In this document: positions 12,030 through 23,459 of the stretch, piece by piece
Position numbering within the stretch: position 1 is the stretch's first letter
How the letters are laid out: each line of letters begins with the position of its first letter
Assembly (NCBI RefSeq): GCF_031769215.1
Contig: NW_026782462.1
Coordinates: 1-64,000, forward strand
DNA length: 64,000 bases
Direction: 5' to 3'
Source: Ylistrum balloti
Taxonomy: Eukaryota
Program-made: the position numbers and the translations under genes
Notes under the pieces: model-generated
Databases searched by the model: none
What the model was told of the DNA's origin: nothing
The model's input: the letters and a program-made list of their open reading frames with translations, nothing else

Positions 12030-14330
12030 GGAGTTGCTTAGTTGATCTTCTTGCAATCCTTCATTTTGTAAGGCGACCAAACAGAACTGGCAAAGTCCAA
12101 ATGAGATAATGACTATATCAGTTGAATGTCTGTTTGTTCATGTATATTAGTTCTCCTAAGCATGGCGAACATGGAATTGGCCTTGTTTACTTTTTCACTT
12201 AAATGATCTTCAAATGTGAGCAATGTCTTTTTCTTTATTTGTTTGTATTAATTCCTGGTTGTTGATTTATATCATCCATAGTTCCAATAGTAATGTATGT
12301 GCAAAAGCCAAATAAGTCTTTTTAGAATAGATCCTAGAAACATACGAATTGACGAGTCCGGTAGATAGAGCTGGCAATCCTTGTATATTTAGTCCATTCT
12401 GAAGCAAGTTAAATCCGGTTGAAGCTATTGATCCAGTTTAAAATTTGGTTTGAGATTTGTATGCCTTGTAATAGTCTATTAATATATACATTTATCCAAA
12501 ATACAAGCATCTGCAATGAAATAGATCTCCCTGCCAAGAATCCAAATTGTTGTGGTGTGAACATATCATTCTGTCTCATATAGCTTACAATATGATCTCT
12601 TACCAGTGTTTCCATCGTTTTACAAATAATTGAAGTGAGGCTAACTGCCTATAGTTACCAGCCTTGCTTTTATCGCCTTTTTTGTATATGGCCGTTATTT
12701 AACCTTGTTGAAGAGATTGGTTAAATAATAAATACGAGGCTATATGAAGAAATACACTCGTGGGTGTAGGTTTAAAAGCAGTACTTTCAATTTTATTATG
12801 TCTTGCAACATAGAAAAGATGATATACTTTAGTTTTTGATTTTGACTTTATATATCCAGATTGCCTTTGGATTCTCTTTGGCCTTTAAAACACAAATCAA
12901 CTGCCCTTCTATATTCCTTTTGAACTAGGGGGTCTTTGTTTGCTATTGCTTTTTTTGCAAGTGAATGCTTCCTTTTTATGATATCCTGTGTTGCATTGTC
13001 TAGGTACAACGGTCTTTGTGGGTATGTGTTTGCTTTCTATATCCTTGATCATGTTATAAAAGATATCCCAGTTCTCATCAATTGGGTTCGTGTTCAAGAG
13101 TGCAGCATTCCAATCAGTATTTCTGATGTCCTCATTTATCGCTCCAAGCTTTGTTATATATACATATATATGCAACTTTATGTTTTCCTCAGGCATGTTG
13201 GAATAAAAACTTGTATTCTTTTGTTTCAGTGCTGTCTCCTTTGCTGTTGTATAGTTGATATCGGGGTAATTAAAATCTCCCATAGATATATAAGGTTGTT
13301 GCCTCCCCAAAAAGATGCATAACTGGTTGTTTTCATCCACTATCTGATCTATATATTCCGAGCAACAGCTTATCCTTGTTGTTTATTTAAAATTTCAACA
13401 AATAAGTTTTCATATATATATATATCAATGTTCTTGCCAAGGGTATAATATCCATGTATGAATCTACTCCGATTATATGACTGATCTATTCTTATATTGA
13501 TATTAGTTGTCATAGGCAATATCACTATATATATATACAGAGTTGTCTTTTGCCTGCCACAATTTCTTCTCCTGTTCTATCCGTTATAGGTAGAAATGTT
13601 CCTAAAAATTTTCTTTTTGTATTCCACATCCTTGAATGTGACGAGCAATGGTCGCTTCAAGTCTGTTTTTCCCCTTCTTTTTGTTTGTATTTTCCTAGTC
13701 TGATTAGTTTCTGGATACATTTCTCTTCCTCATCTGGTATATTACACTCCTGAAGAATTTCTAATACAATGTATCGTTTGAGTCCAATTTCAATTATTTG
13801 ACTCTCTTTGTTTTCTTTCATTTATCTCTGTAACAAGAGTTGATATTTGTCCTTGTTCTGAGGGGTTACACTCTCTCCCTTGCTTGCTAATCGAAAGACT
13901 TTTTTCATCACATTTAGGAGCGAGATTCTTTTGTCATAATCTTCCATGAAAGATTTGCACCTCTCCTCTATTTCAACATCCGTGGCTATGATATAAGCAT
14001 GACAGAACCACATAAAATCCGAGTGTTCTTTATCCGACTTCTGGAGAAATTAATAGGCATTACCTTCGCATTTGCGTCTCGGAAATTAGTAACTCATTAC
14101 ATTCCATCCATCAAATCGTTTGTGTTCTGCTGGGGATTCGATTTTGACCCTTTCGTCGCCCTTGCGGACTGTCTTCTTACTCGCCATCTTGTTTGTTTAC
14201 GTTACGGCTAGCTTGACTACCAGCCGACATATTTCAATTTCCCCACTTTAAAAGACAGCTTCTATTCTGATTATAAGTCGTACAGGTATTACAGACAACC
14301 TGTAGAACTTAATGAATCAATAAGTGACGT
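12030..14330 (-). mobile_element. Degenerate CR1-clade LINE nested antisense between ORF1 and ORF2 of the L1/Tx1 element
   Basis: Minus-strand fragments: ORF1-like (~13550-14190, LIRLGK), APE MGDFNYPDIN, linker AKENPKAIWIYIKSK, RT QQFGFLAGRS and HLDFASSVWSPY. Boundaries are approximate. Confidence 0.75.
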
Positions 14331-15554
14331 TAGTCTATTACATAGGGACGTTAAACACATCCGTTCAGCATGAGAACAATGTCCGTCGCCATTGACACCG
14401 GAACCGGAAGCTTACATCACACTGTTTTTATTTTTTTTTCTCAGATTAAGAATAAAAAATACTATATCGTATACGAAAATAATAAGATCAAAATTTTCAA
14501 AATTACTAGGCCCTAGGCTTAAAAGAAACTTTGGCCATTTCATGGTGTTGTGTAATACATCTATAGTCCGATGTGTCGGAAATTAGTGTAACGTTATGAA
14601 CTTCCGGTGAAAATCCACGAGTCGCGCCGATAATATGGTCAACTTTTTAAGTTTTCATCGGAGGAAGTGCATTAAAGTTAAATCAGTAGCGTAATGGGTT
14701 AAAACAGATCTTTTATATAAAATATTGTCTATGTTATGATTGAAATACTGTTAAGTATTGATCGAAATCAAATACTAGGCCTATTTACACTGAGGTACTC
14801 TGCAGCTTGCTACCGGTCACAGATACTCGTCCAGAGGCAGACAATGATAGCCTTTTCAGTATCAAAGCAAAATAACGTAATTTTCAAAATTACATTCTGA
14901 TGAAAAAGCAATATCACGTAATTTTATCATATATGCAAAACATTTTTGTAACACTCAATAGTCACCTTACGTGAATATATATACTACACTAGGTCTACGG
15001 TTAGTACGCTATGGGTTTGTCAATTACAGTATGCTGCTTTTAAAGGGCCCGCTTTTAAATACGCTTCAGAAGCTCAATTTTAACCTACAAGTAGATCTAC
15101 ATACAGAAAAAATGAACAAATAACTGTTGACTTCACATGTAAGAGTCTCGAATCAGGAATATAAGTGGCTTTTATTTATTTATTTTTTTAGTATAATATC
15201 GCGATTAATTGAAATTGACCTATCCCTGCAAACCAAAAGAAGATATATATACAGTAGATGAATGTATATGTATATATATATATATACATACATATGTCAA
15301 AGACCAGTTATCAAGATGTTTTTTTTTCTTTTTTGCATAAAGCGATCTGATCATCCTGTCATGAAATTGATTTGTGTATTTATACAGGTTATATGTTCAA
15401 TGTTGTTTTTAATGTAATATGTGTATACTTGCATTATCACCACATATTCAGTTTACATGCCAATATGTGCCCAGAACATTTTTATTTGGACTAGGTTTCT
15501 TCAGGGAATTATTCCAAGAGGCTAATCAATTAAGCTGTTAGTAACTAAGGTATA

Positions 15555-18500
15555 GATGATTTACAAATAATGTCTCTAAATGTCAGGGGACTCCATTCAA
15601 ATAAAAAAAGAGAATAGACTTATTTAATTGGATTAAAAAAGAAAAATGTTACTGTTGTATTCCTACAGGAAACACATAGCTGTGTAGAAATTGAGACTAA
15701 ATGGGAAGATGAGTGGGGAGGAAAAGGAATACTTAGTCACTGTAGTACATCAAGTGAAGGGGTTGCGATATTTTTTGGAAACAAAGTTGAAACTAATATA
15801 CATAGTAGAGAGTTAGATCCAAACGGTAGATACATTATATTAGATGTTACAATTAATGGAGCTAGAATCACTTTAGCAAACTTATATGGACCTAATAATG
15901 ATGTTCCTGATTTCTTTGAAAATATCTTTAGAAAAGTCAGGTTAATCTCAAACACAAAAATTGTAATAGGAGGGGATTGGAATGTAACACAAGACAAAAA
16001 ACAAGATACTGACAATATTATTCAAGATAATCATAGATTTTCTAGAGAGTGTATCATAAGAAATATGGAAGATTTAGACTTCATTGATATTTGGAGAGTT
16101 CTCAATCCTGAAAAAAGAAAATTCACATGGCGCAGAAAAAACCCAATCAAACAAAGTCGTTTAGACTATTTTATTATCTCACAAGATGTTTTTAGTACAG
16201 TTACAGATGCCAAAATATCACCAGGCTATAAGACGGATCATTCATGTATATCTGAAAATTTATTGGAAATTTAACACTGCTTTATTAAAAGATAAAACTT
16301 AGGTTAATTTGGTAAATCAATGTATAAAAGACACTGTTAATGAATATAGGATTTCTGGGGACTCAGAAACATTAGAAAATGTTGAACTACGAATAAAGGA
16401 TCAAATGATGTTTGAAATAATTAAAATGAAAATTAGAAGCCTAACAATTGAATACTCTATTAAAGCAGCAAAAGAAAGAAAAAGAAGGGAAAACATTATT
16501 ACAGAAAATATAAAGAAATTAGAAAAGTTAATGAAGAGTCAGCCTTCCAATGAAGTATATGAACAATTAGAGGAAGAAAATAAACTATTATCAGAGGAAA
16601 GAGAAAAGAAAATTGAAGGAATTATGCTTAGGTCAAAGGTTACATGGTACGAAAAGGGTGAAAAATGCTCAGATTTCTTTTGTGGTCTTGAAAAGCAAAA
16701 TTTTGTTAATAAAACGATTAATGAGCTTATCAACGAAAAGGGTGAACATTTAACAAACATAACAGAAATATTAGAGGAAGAAAGACAATTTTATAAAACA
16801 CTTTATACAACACAAAAATATTGTGATAATGAGTCTCCACTATTTAACCATGGAAAAATGATAAGTCAGATAGAAAAAGAAAGTTGTGAAGGTCTTATTA
16901 CAATTAATGAATGTAGTAAAGTTCTTCAAGATATGAGTAATAGAAAAAGTCCTGGATCAGATGGGTTTCCAGCAGAATTTTTAAAGTTTTTTCTGGAAGG
17001 ATATGAAATACTTTATATGTAAATCAATAAATTATGCTTATAATAATGGATCACTATCAGACTTTTAATGTCAAGGAATAATAAGTTGTATCCCGAAAGA
17101 ATCAAAAGATAGAAGATTAATAAAAAAAAAATTGGAGACCTCTGACTCTATTAAATACTGATTATAAGATAGCTTCTGCAGTAATAGCAAACAGAATAAA
17201 GAAAGTACTACCATCAATTATCAGTGATACACAGAAAGGCTTTATGAAAGACAGATTTATTGGTGAAAATACAAGGTTAGTCTATGATATAATGCATGAT
17301 TTAGAGGAAAGAAATATGTCTGGTTTATTACTATTGGTAGACTTTGAAAAAGCCTTTGATTCTTTGGAATGGAAATTTATACAAAAATCTTTGCAATCTT
17401 TTAACTTTGGTCAGTCTTTGCTCAAATGGATACGTTTATTATATTATAATGCAAAAAGTAGAATAATTAACAATGGATATTTTTCTTCATTCTTTGAGAT
17501 ACAGCGTGGTTGTAGACAAGGGGACCCGATATCGCCATACTTACTTTTAATTGGGATAGAAATTTTGGCCATACAGCTAAAAAAAATCAAAATATTAAAG
17601 GAGTGAAAATAAATGTTAAAGAATATATGTTAGGTCAATATGCTGATGATGCCTTTCTATTTCTAGATGGCTCTCCTAGGTCATTATCAAGTGCAATAAC
17701 TGATTTCAATATTTTCTATGAAGTTTCTGGACTCAAATTAAACATTGAAAAATGTTGATTAATATGGGTTGGTAATAAAATGTATTCTGATGAGATTATA
17801 TGTCCAGAATACCAGTTCAACTGGTCATCCCAAGATTTCAAGTTACTTGGAATACGGTTTTCCTTGGACCTGTCACATATGATTGAGTTGAATTGTAAAG
17901 AAAAACTTTCCAAAATACGTAAACTTCTGGGAATGTGGGCCAGAAGAAATCTTACACTTTTAGGGAAAGTTACTGTTATTAAAACATTAGCCCTTCCTCT
18001 ACTCATACATCTATTCTATTCTCTCCCAAATCCTAGCAAACAGATGATTAGTGAAATAAATTCAGTGTTTTTCAGATTCATTTGGGGACACAAGCCAGAA
18101 AAAATTAAGAGAAATACAATGATTTTAGACTATGAAGAAGGAGGATTAAAGATGGTACATATTGAAAGTTTTATGAAATATTTAAAAATTAAATGGATTA
18201 AAAGGTTATATGAAGGGACAGGAGATTGGCAATCTTTAGCCAAATCCAACTACAGTAAATATGGAATGGACAGAATGTGGAACCTGGATAAGGAAAAAGT
18301 AGAAGAAATATCAGATAATATAAAGAATCCCTTTTGGAGAGATGTTGTTTTAGCATAGAATGAGTATAAAGATGATAACATTGACCCAAATGCATTTGTT
18401 AATGGTGACCTTTTAAATCATATTCCTCTAAATTTATTTAAGTAATTTAAATCATATGAGACAAATGGGGTCAAAACAGTAAAGGATTTAGTGGATGAAA

Positions 18501-19195
18501 ATTTACAATTTTTATCATTCAGTGTAATGAAAGATAAATTTAGGAACATTAATTTTTTGCAGTATTTTTCACTGACTAATAAAATACCAAGGAATAAATT
18601 AAATCGATTAAGACAAGAACAGGTCACCTTGGAAAACATCAACTATTTACAGCAATTAATAGAAAAAAGAGATTTTAAATGTGTCTATAAATCACTACTA
18701 GTAGTGAAAAACAAACATTAAGAGAAAGAAGAGAAATGGAATAGAAAATTAAATAAAAACTTAAGTGAATATGTTGATTGGAAATGTATTCATTTAAACA
18801 GTTTCAAAATGATAATGGATACAAATTTACAAAATCTCCAGTTTAGAATAATTTATAGAATTTTAACAACAAATAGTTTTCTTCACAAAATAAATGTGGT
18901 AGACAGTGATTTGTGTACCTTTAGTTTTAGTAATAACGGATTAATAATTAATCAATTAAATATTGAAGATATTTTACTCTTCTGCAAACAAGGTCCAGCT
19001 ATTATCAATTACTTGATATTGATTATAAAGAATCATATTTATTACTGTCGTTTTAGAAAAATACTACCATCTTTTACTGGTGTTAAAAACTGTATTAAGA
19101 AAATAAACCTAATTGAAAAAAATGTGGCAGACACTAATAAGGGACTGCTTAAATTTAATCAAAAATGGAATACCCTGAACAATTTATGTAATTAG
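15555..19195 (+). pseudogene. L1/Tx1 ORF2 (APE endonuclease + reverse transcriptase + zf-RVT-like C-terminus), frameshifted
   Basis: APE motifs SLNVRGL, LQETHS, NLYGPN, GGDWN, SRLDYF, TDHS. RT motifs KSPGSDG, DFEKAFDS, RGCRQGDPISP, QYADD. C-terminal LQFRIIYRILTT...CTF. Confidence 0.92.
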
Positions 19196-19814
19196 TTTTT
19201 CTCATATAAGCTGGAAATTTCCCCAGATGAACCATAATATCAAGTCCTTCAATTGCACATGTTGGTAAAACAGAAATGTCATACATAATTTTTGGTAGGA
19301 TTTTTAGGTAAAATGAAATGTTAACATATATGATATTGTCTAAAGTACATAATCAGGTAATTGGTAGGTGTGTATGTAAACTTGTTTGTTATTGTCTGAT
19401 GTATTTGTATGTAACGAGAAATTATTGTGTGTATATGTAAACGTGTATGCTGCAGAGTGTATTGTTTATTTGTGTATATGAACTAATTAGAAATTTATAT
19501 GAACTAATTAAGTAGTATATTATAAAAAAAATGTCCTTTTTTATTGTTTGAGTAGATGTATTTCTTCATATTTGTGGATGTGTGACTTTTGGATGAAAGG
19601 GAGACGAATGTATGTGATGTGTAATGTAGTTTATATAAAAGGAATGGAATGGAGATATAAAAGGAATGGAATGGAGATAGTAGTAAAGTTTATGGTTTGT
19701 TTATATTGTCAGTGTGAATGGCAAGTGTGACGAGTGAGAGCCCTCCTGTGTGGGGACATGTGTTGTAATGTTAATGTTTATTTTGTCAATAAAAAAAAAG
19801 AAAAATTGGTGTAA

Positions 19815-20580
19815 GTGATGAGATGTCAGAAAGACAAGTGATAATACAAGGTTGAGTGATGAGATGTCAGAAAGACAAGTGATAATACAAGGTTGAGTGA
19901 TGAGATGTCAGAAAGACAAGTGATAATACAAGGTTGAGTGATGAGATGTCAGAAAGACAAGTGATAATACAAGGTTGACAAGTGATAATACAAGGTTGAG
20001 TGATGAGATGTCAGAAAGACAAGTGATAATACAAGGTTGAGTGATGAGATTATAGAAAGACAAGTGATAATACAAGGTTGAGTGATGAGATGTCAGAAAG
20101 ACAAGTGATAATACAAGGTTGAGTGATGAGATGTCAGAAAGACAAGTGATAATACAAGGTTGAGTGATGAGATGTCAGAAAGAAAGATAATACAAGGTTG
20201 AGTGATGATAATAATACAAGGTTGAGTGATGAGATGTCAGAAAGACAAGTGATAATACAAGGTTGAGTGATGAGATGTCAGAAAGACAAGTGATAATACA
20301 AGGTTGAGTGATGAGATGTCAGAAAGACAAGTGATAATACAAGGTTGAGTGATGAGATGTCAGAAAGACAAGTGATAATACAAGGTTGAGTGATGAGATG
20401 TCAGAAAGACAAGTGAATCAGAAAACTACATTAACAAGTTACAAGTATGATTACAAATATGAAAATTGGATGGCAAAACAAGTGATAATACAAGGTTGAG
20501 TGATGAGGTCAGAAAACTGATAATATCAGATTCCAAGTGATAATACAAGGTTGAGTGATGAGATGTCAGAAAGACAAGTG
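19815..20580 (+). repeat. 41-bp minisatellite (~13 full near-identical units plus partials) directly after the LINE tail
   Basis: Unit gtgatgagatgtcagaaagacaagtgataatacaaggttga in head-to-tail copies without unique spacers. Confidence 0.95.
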
Positions 20581-20774
20581 AATCGAAACTCATTAACAAG
20601 TTACAAGTATGATTACAAATATGAAAATTGGATAGGGAACTCTCCTCTCATCCAAATAATGTGCGAAATATAGAACGTTTGGTAGAATGAAGAAGACAAC
20701 GCCTTCCTGATTTACGTTTTAGATGAACCGTAAGAATTTCAACCGGCAATAATTACAACCGTTATAGTATTGGT

Positions 20775-20895
20775 ATCTTTGTAAATTACAGATAGGTATA
20801 TCTGCGTAAGTTACAGATGGGTATATCTACGTAAGTTTTAGATAGGTATACCTACGATAGTTGCAGATAGGTGTCTCTTTTTAAGATACAGATAA
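20775..20895 (-). repeat. Short (~4-5 unit) inverted paralog of the 25-bp minisatellite at 38189-38715
   Basis: acagataggtatatctrcgtaagtt units; the flank ggtatctttgtaaattacag matches the reverse complement of ~38705-38730. Confidence 0.8.
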
Positions 20896-20989
20896 GTATA
20901 CTTTTGAATATAAAACATAAACAGATATATAATTTACATCTAACACTATCTACATTTTACAAGTACATATGTCCTATAACTTTAGGATA

Positions 20990-21672
20990 AACAATGACAT
21001 TTTTTTTATATATCACTGGTAGCTGCAGAGTTCGAATAGAGAATACGGATTTTAGCATTTTCTTTGTATATTACAAATTTTATTTTCTAATTATTCTATT
21101 TTCCTAGAGAAAATAAAGTAATTATATATACATCTACCGTGAAAATAATATTTACTGTGAAAACCAAAGCCTATAACATGAATACCGTGAACAATATATC
21201 ATTGTTACCTTAATTGGTATGTTACCCCGAGAAAACAACCCTGAAAGAAAACCTCAGTAATAATAACGCAGAAAATAATACAGGCCCATTGATTTCAATG
21301 GTATCATAATGTGTTGAAGGTAGAAAATAGTTCGCAAGGCCCATTTAACTCAGTATTAACATAACGTGTTGAACAAAGGAAATAGTTCACAACGCCCATT
21401 TAACTCGGCAGTATAACAACAATACACACAGAATTTTAGACATGAAGTTGTATACACATTGTACCAAATACATAACTTCCAGTACGTAGAAAAACGCATT
21501 GAAATGTTTTGGATTACCCTTAATCATTAAAGAGAGAAGGACGAGGGGGGAAGTGATATGTTAATTCATAGCTTCAGAATATGACGGTGGTTGTTCAGAT
21601 TGGACAGTTTTGATAGCGTCATCATATGATGGCCTAGATAAAGGAAAATCAGTAAATGAATGGTTTGGTTCT
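20990..21672. repeat. Inverted paralog of ~37515-38170 (intergenic flank segment)
   Basis: Colinear reverse-complement match, e.g. cccttaatcattaaagagaga, catttaactc doublet, gatagcgtcatca. Confidence 0.9.
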
Positions 21673-22864
21673 TCCGCATGGTGATCAGAATTGCCTGACT
21701 GTCGTCCAACTCTTATCAAAGTTTCAAGCGTCACTCATACCACAGTAGTTTTATACTGATATTGTTTACACAGTAGGTTTAGGGGAATAGCTATTCAGTT
21801 TGTTCAAGTAAATGAACTTGCCCCCTTTCAAGGTTACTGAGATCAATCATACGAAAATATTCTCGACTTCTAAATAACTAAAAGCGTCAGGGTGCTGATA
21901 ACAGGCCTGTAGCGTGCTAACAAATTTGTTCTAATGAAAGACATGACACAGATTCAAAGTTACAAGGGTCAAATGTGTTAAAATATCTCAACCGTTTCTC
22001 AATAACCAAAAGATCCAGCTCACAGTGTATGCTCCCTCCGGCAAATGACCCGATACCATGGAAATGACTGTAAACCTGCCTTTGCTTTTAACTAGGTATA
22101 TAAGAACCTGGTATTATTATTATACTTTATTATACCTATTATACTTTACTTTTTAAAGTCATTAAATAAATCCTTGCTATACCATCAAATTAGATGAAAT
22201 TTTACCCTGTATTCAGTTTATTACATAGCGTTGTCTTTATAGAGTGACGTTTGTATGTTGTATTAAAATCAGAAAGTATCGAATACTTTTCAGATTGAGC
22301 TAAAATGCCGACTGGTTGGGTGATCAAAGCCGAGGGACTTTGACCGATTCTATTAGAAGATGGGAAAACATCTGCGAGCTGGGAATGAGCATATACCACA
22401 ACGGATAAATCTACGGTAGTCGTATGTTTAGTATTGGTATAACACAAGATTGAAAGTAATGAATAAGAATACAAATCCTTGACATCAAGTTTATTGGAAT
22501 ATATAGGATCTATAAATTACATACAATCCTCGTCAAAAAGCAAGACAATCATTGGTAAAAATATACAGTATATGAAGATATATGTCAAAATACACAACTA
22601 CAGACACAGATTTCTTGAGTAAAATGATAAAATATCTAATATACTAGTCTAGGAATATTAAACTAATCCAATATCTGATGTATTACAATCTAGGGAAAAA
22701 ATAGAAAAGAATATTCTATACTTAAAATGAAACCTATATATTCTACACATAAATCACCGACTTCAGCAAAAATTTTATTATCTACATAAAGAAAAGGAGC
22801 GAGTTACCTATGTAACATTAATGTATTGGATAAGCATTAGAGCTATAAATATTGAGTATCCTTG

Positions 22865-23459
22865 TGCATAACACATCAAATATAGTCTGTTTACATAACT
22901 TCCAGACGTTCTTGTCTATAACACATACTATATATTTTGTTTACATAACCTCCAGACATCATTGTCTATAACACATAATATATAATCTGTTTACATAATC
23001 CCAGACATCAATGTCTATAACACATCAAATATAGAAAGTTTACATAACCTCCAGACATCATTGTCTATAACACATAATTTATAGTCTATTTACATAACCT
23101 CCAGACATCATTGTCTATAACACATCAATTATAGAATGTTTACATAACCTCCAGACATCATTGTCTATAACACATAATATATGTTCTATTTACATAACCT
23201 CCAGACATCAATGTCTATAACGCATCAAATAGATTCTATTTATATAACCTCCAGACATCAGTGTCTATAACACATAATATATAGTCTGTTTACATAACCT
23301 CCAGACATCATTGTCTATAACTAATCAAATTTAAAATATTTACATAACCTCTAGACATCATTGTCCATAACATATCAAATATAGTCTATTTACATAACCT
23401 CTAGACATTCTTGTCTATAACACATCAGTGATGGTAAGTTCACATAACTTCCAGACATC
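22865..23459 (-). repeat. 50-bp minisatellite (~12 units) overlapping the stop codon of copy 2
   Basis: tacataacctccagacatc recurs every ~50 bp (23041, 23091, 23141...). Confidence 0.92.

Larger units (their letters stand above)
9666..19805 (+). mobile_element. Near full-length, inactivated L1/Tx1-clade LINE (ORF1 + ORF2 + A-tail) split by nested insertions
   Basis: Putative 5' start caagatggcg (~9666), ORF1 10051-10929, ORF2 ~15555-19195, and aataaa plus A-rich tail at ~19787-19805. The 5' boundary is approximate. Confidence 0.75.

Noticed and set aside
19815-20580. 41-bp and 50-bp arrays as CRISPR arrays
   Set aside because: They are head-to-tail repeats with no unique spacers, no cas genes are present, and the context is spliceosomal-intron eukaryotic DNA.
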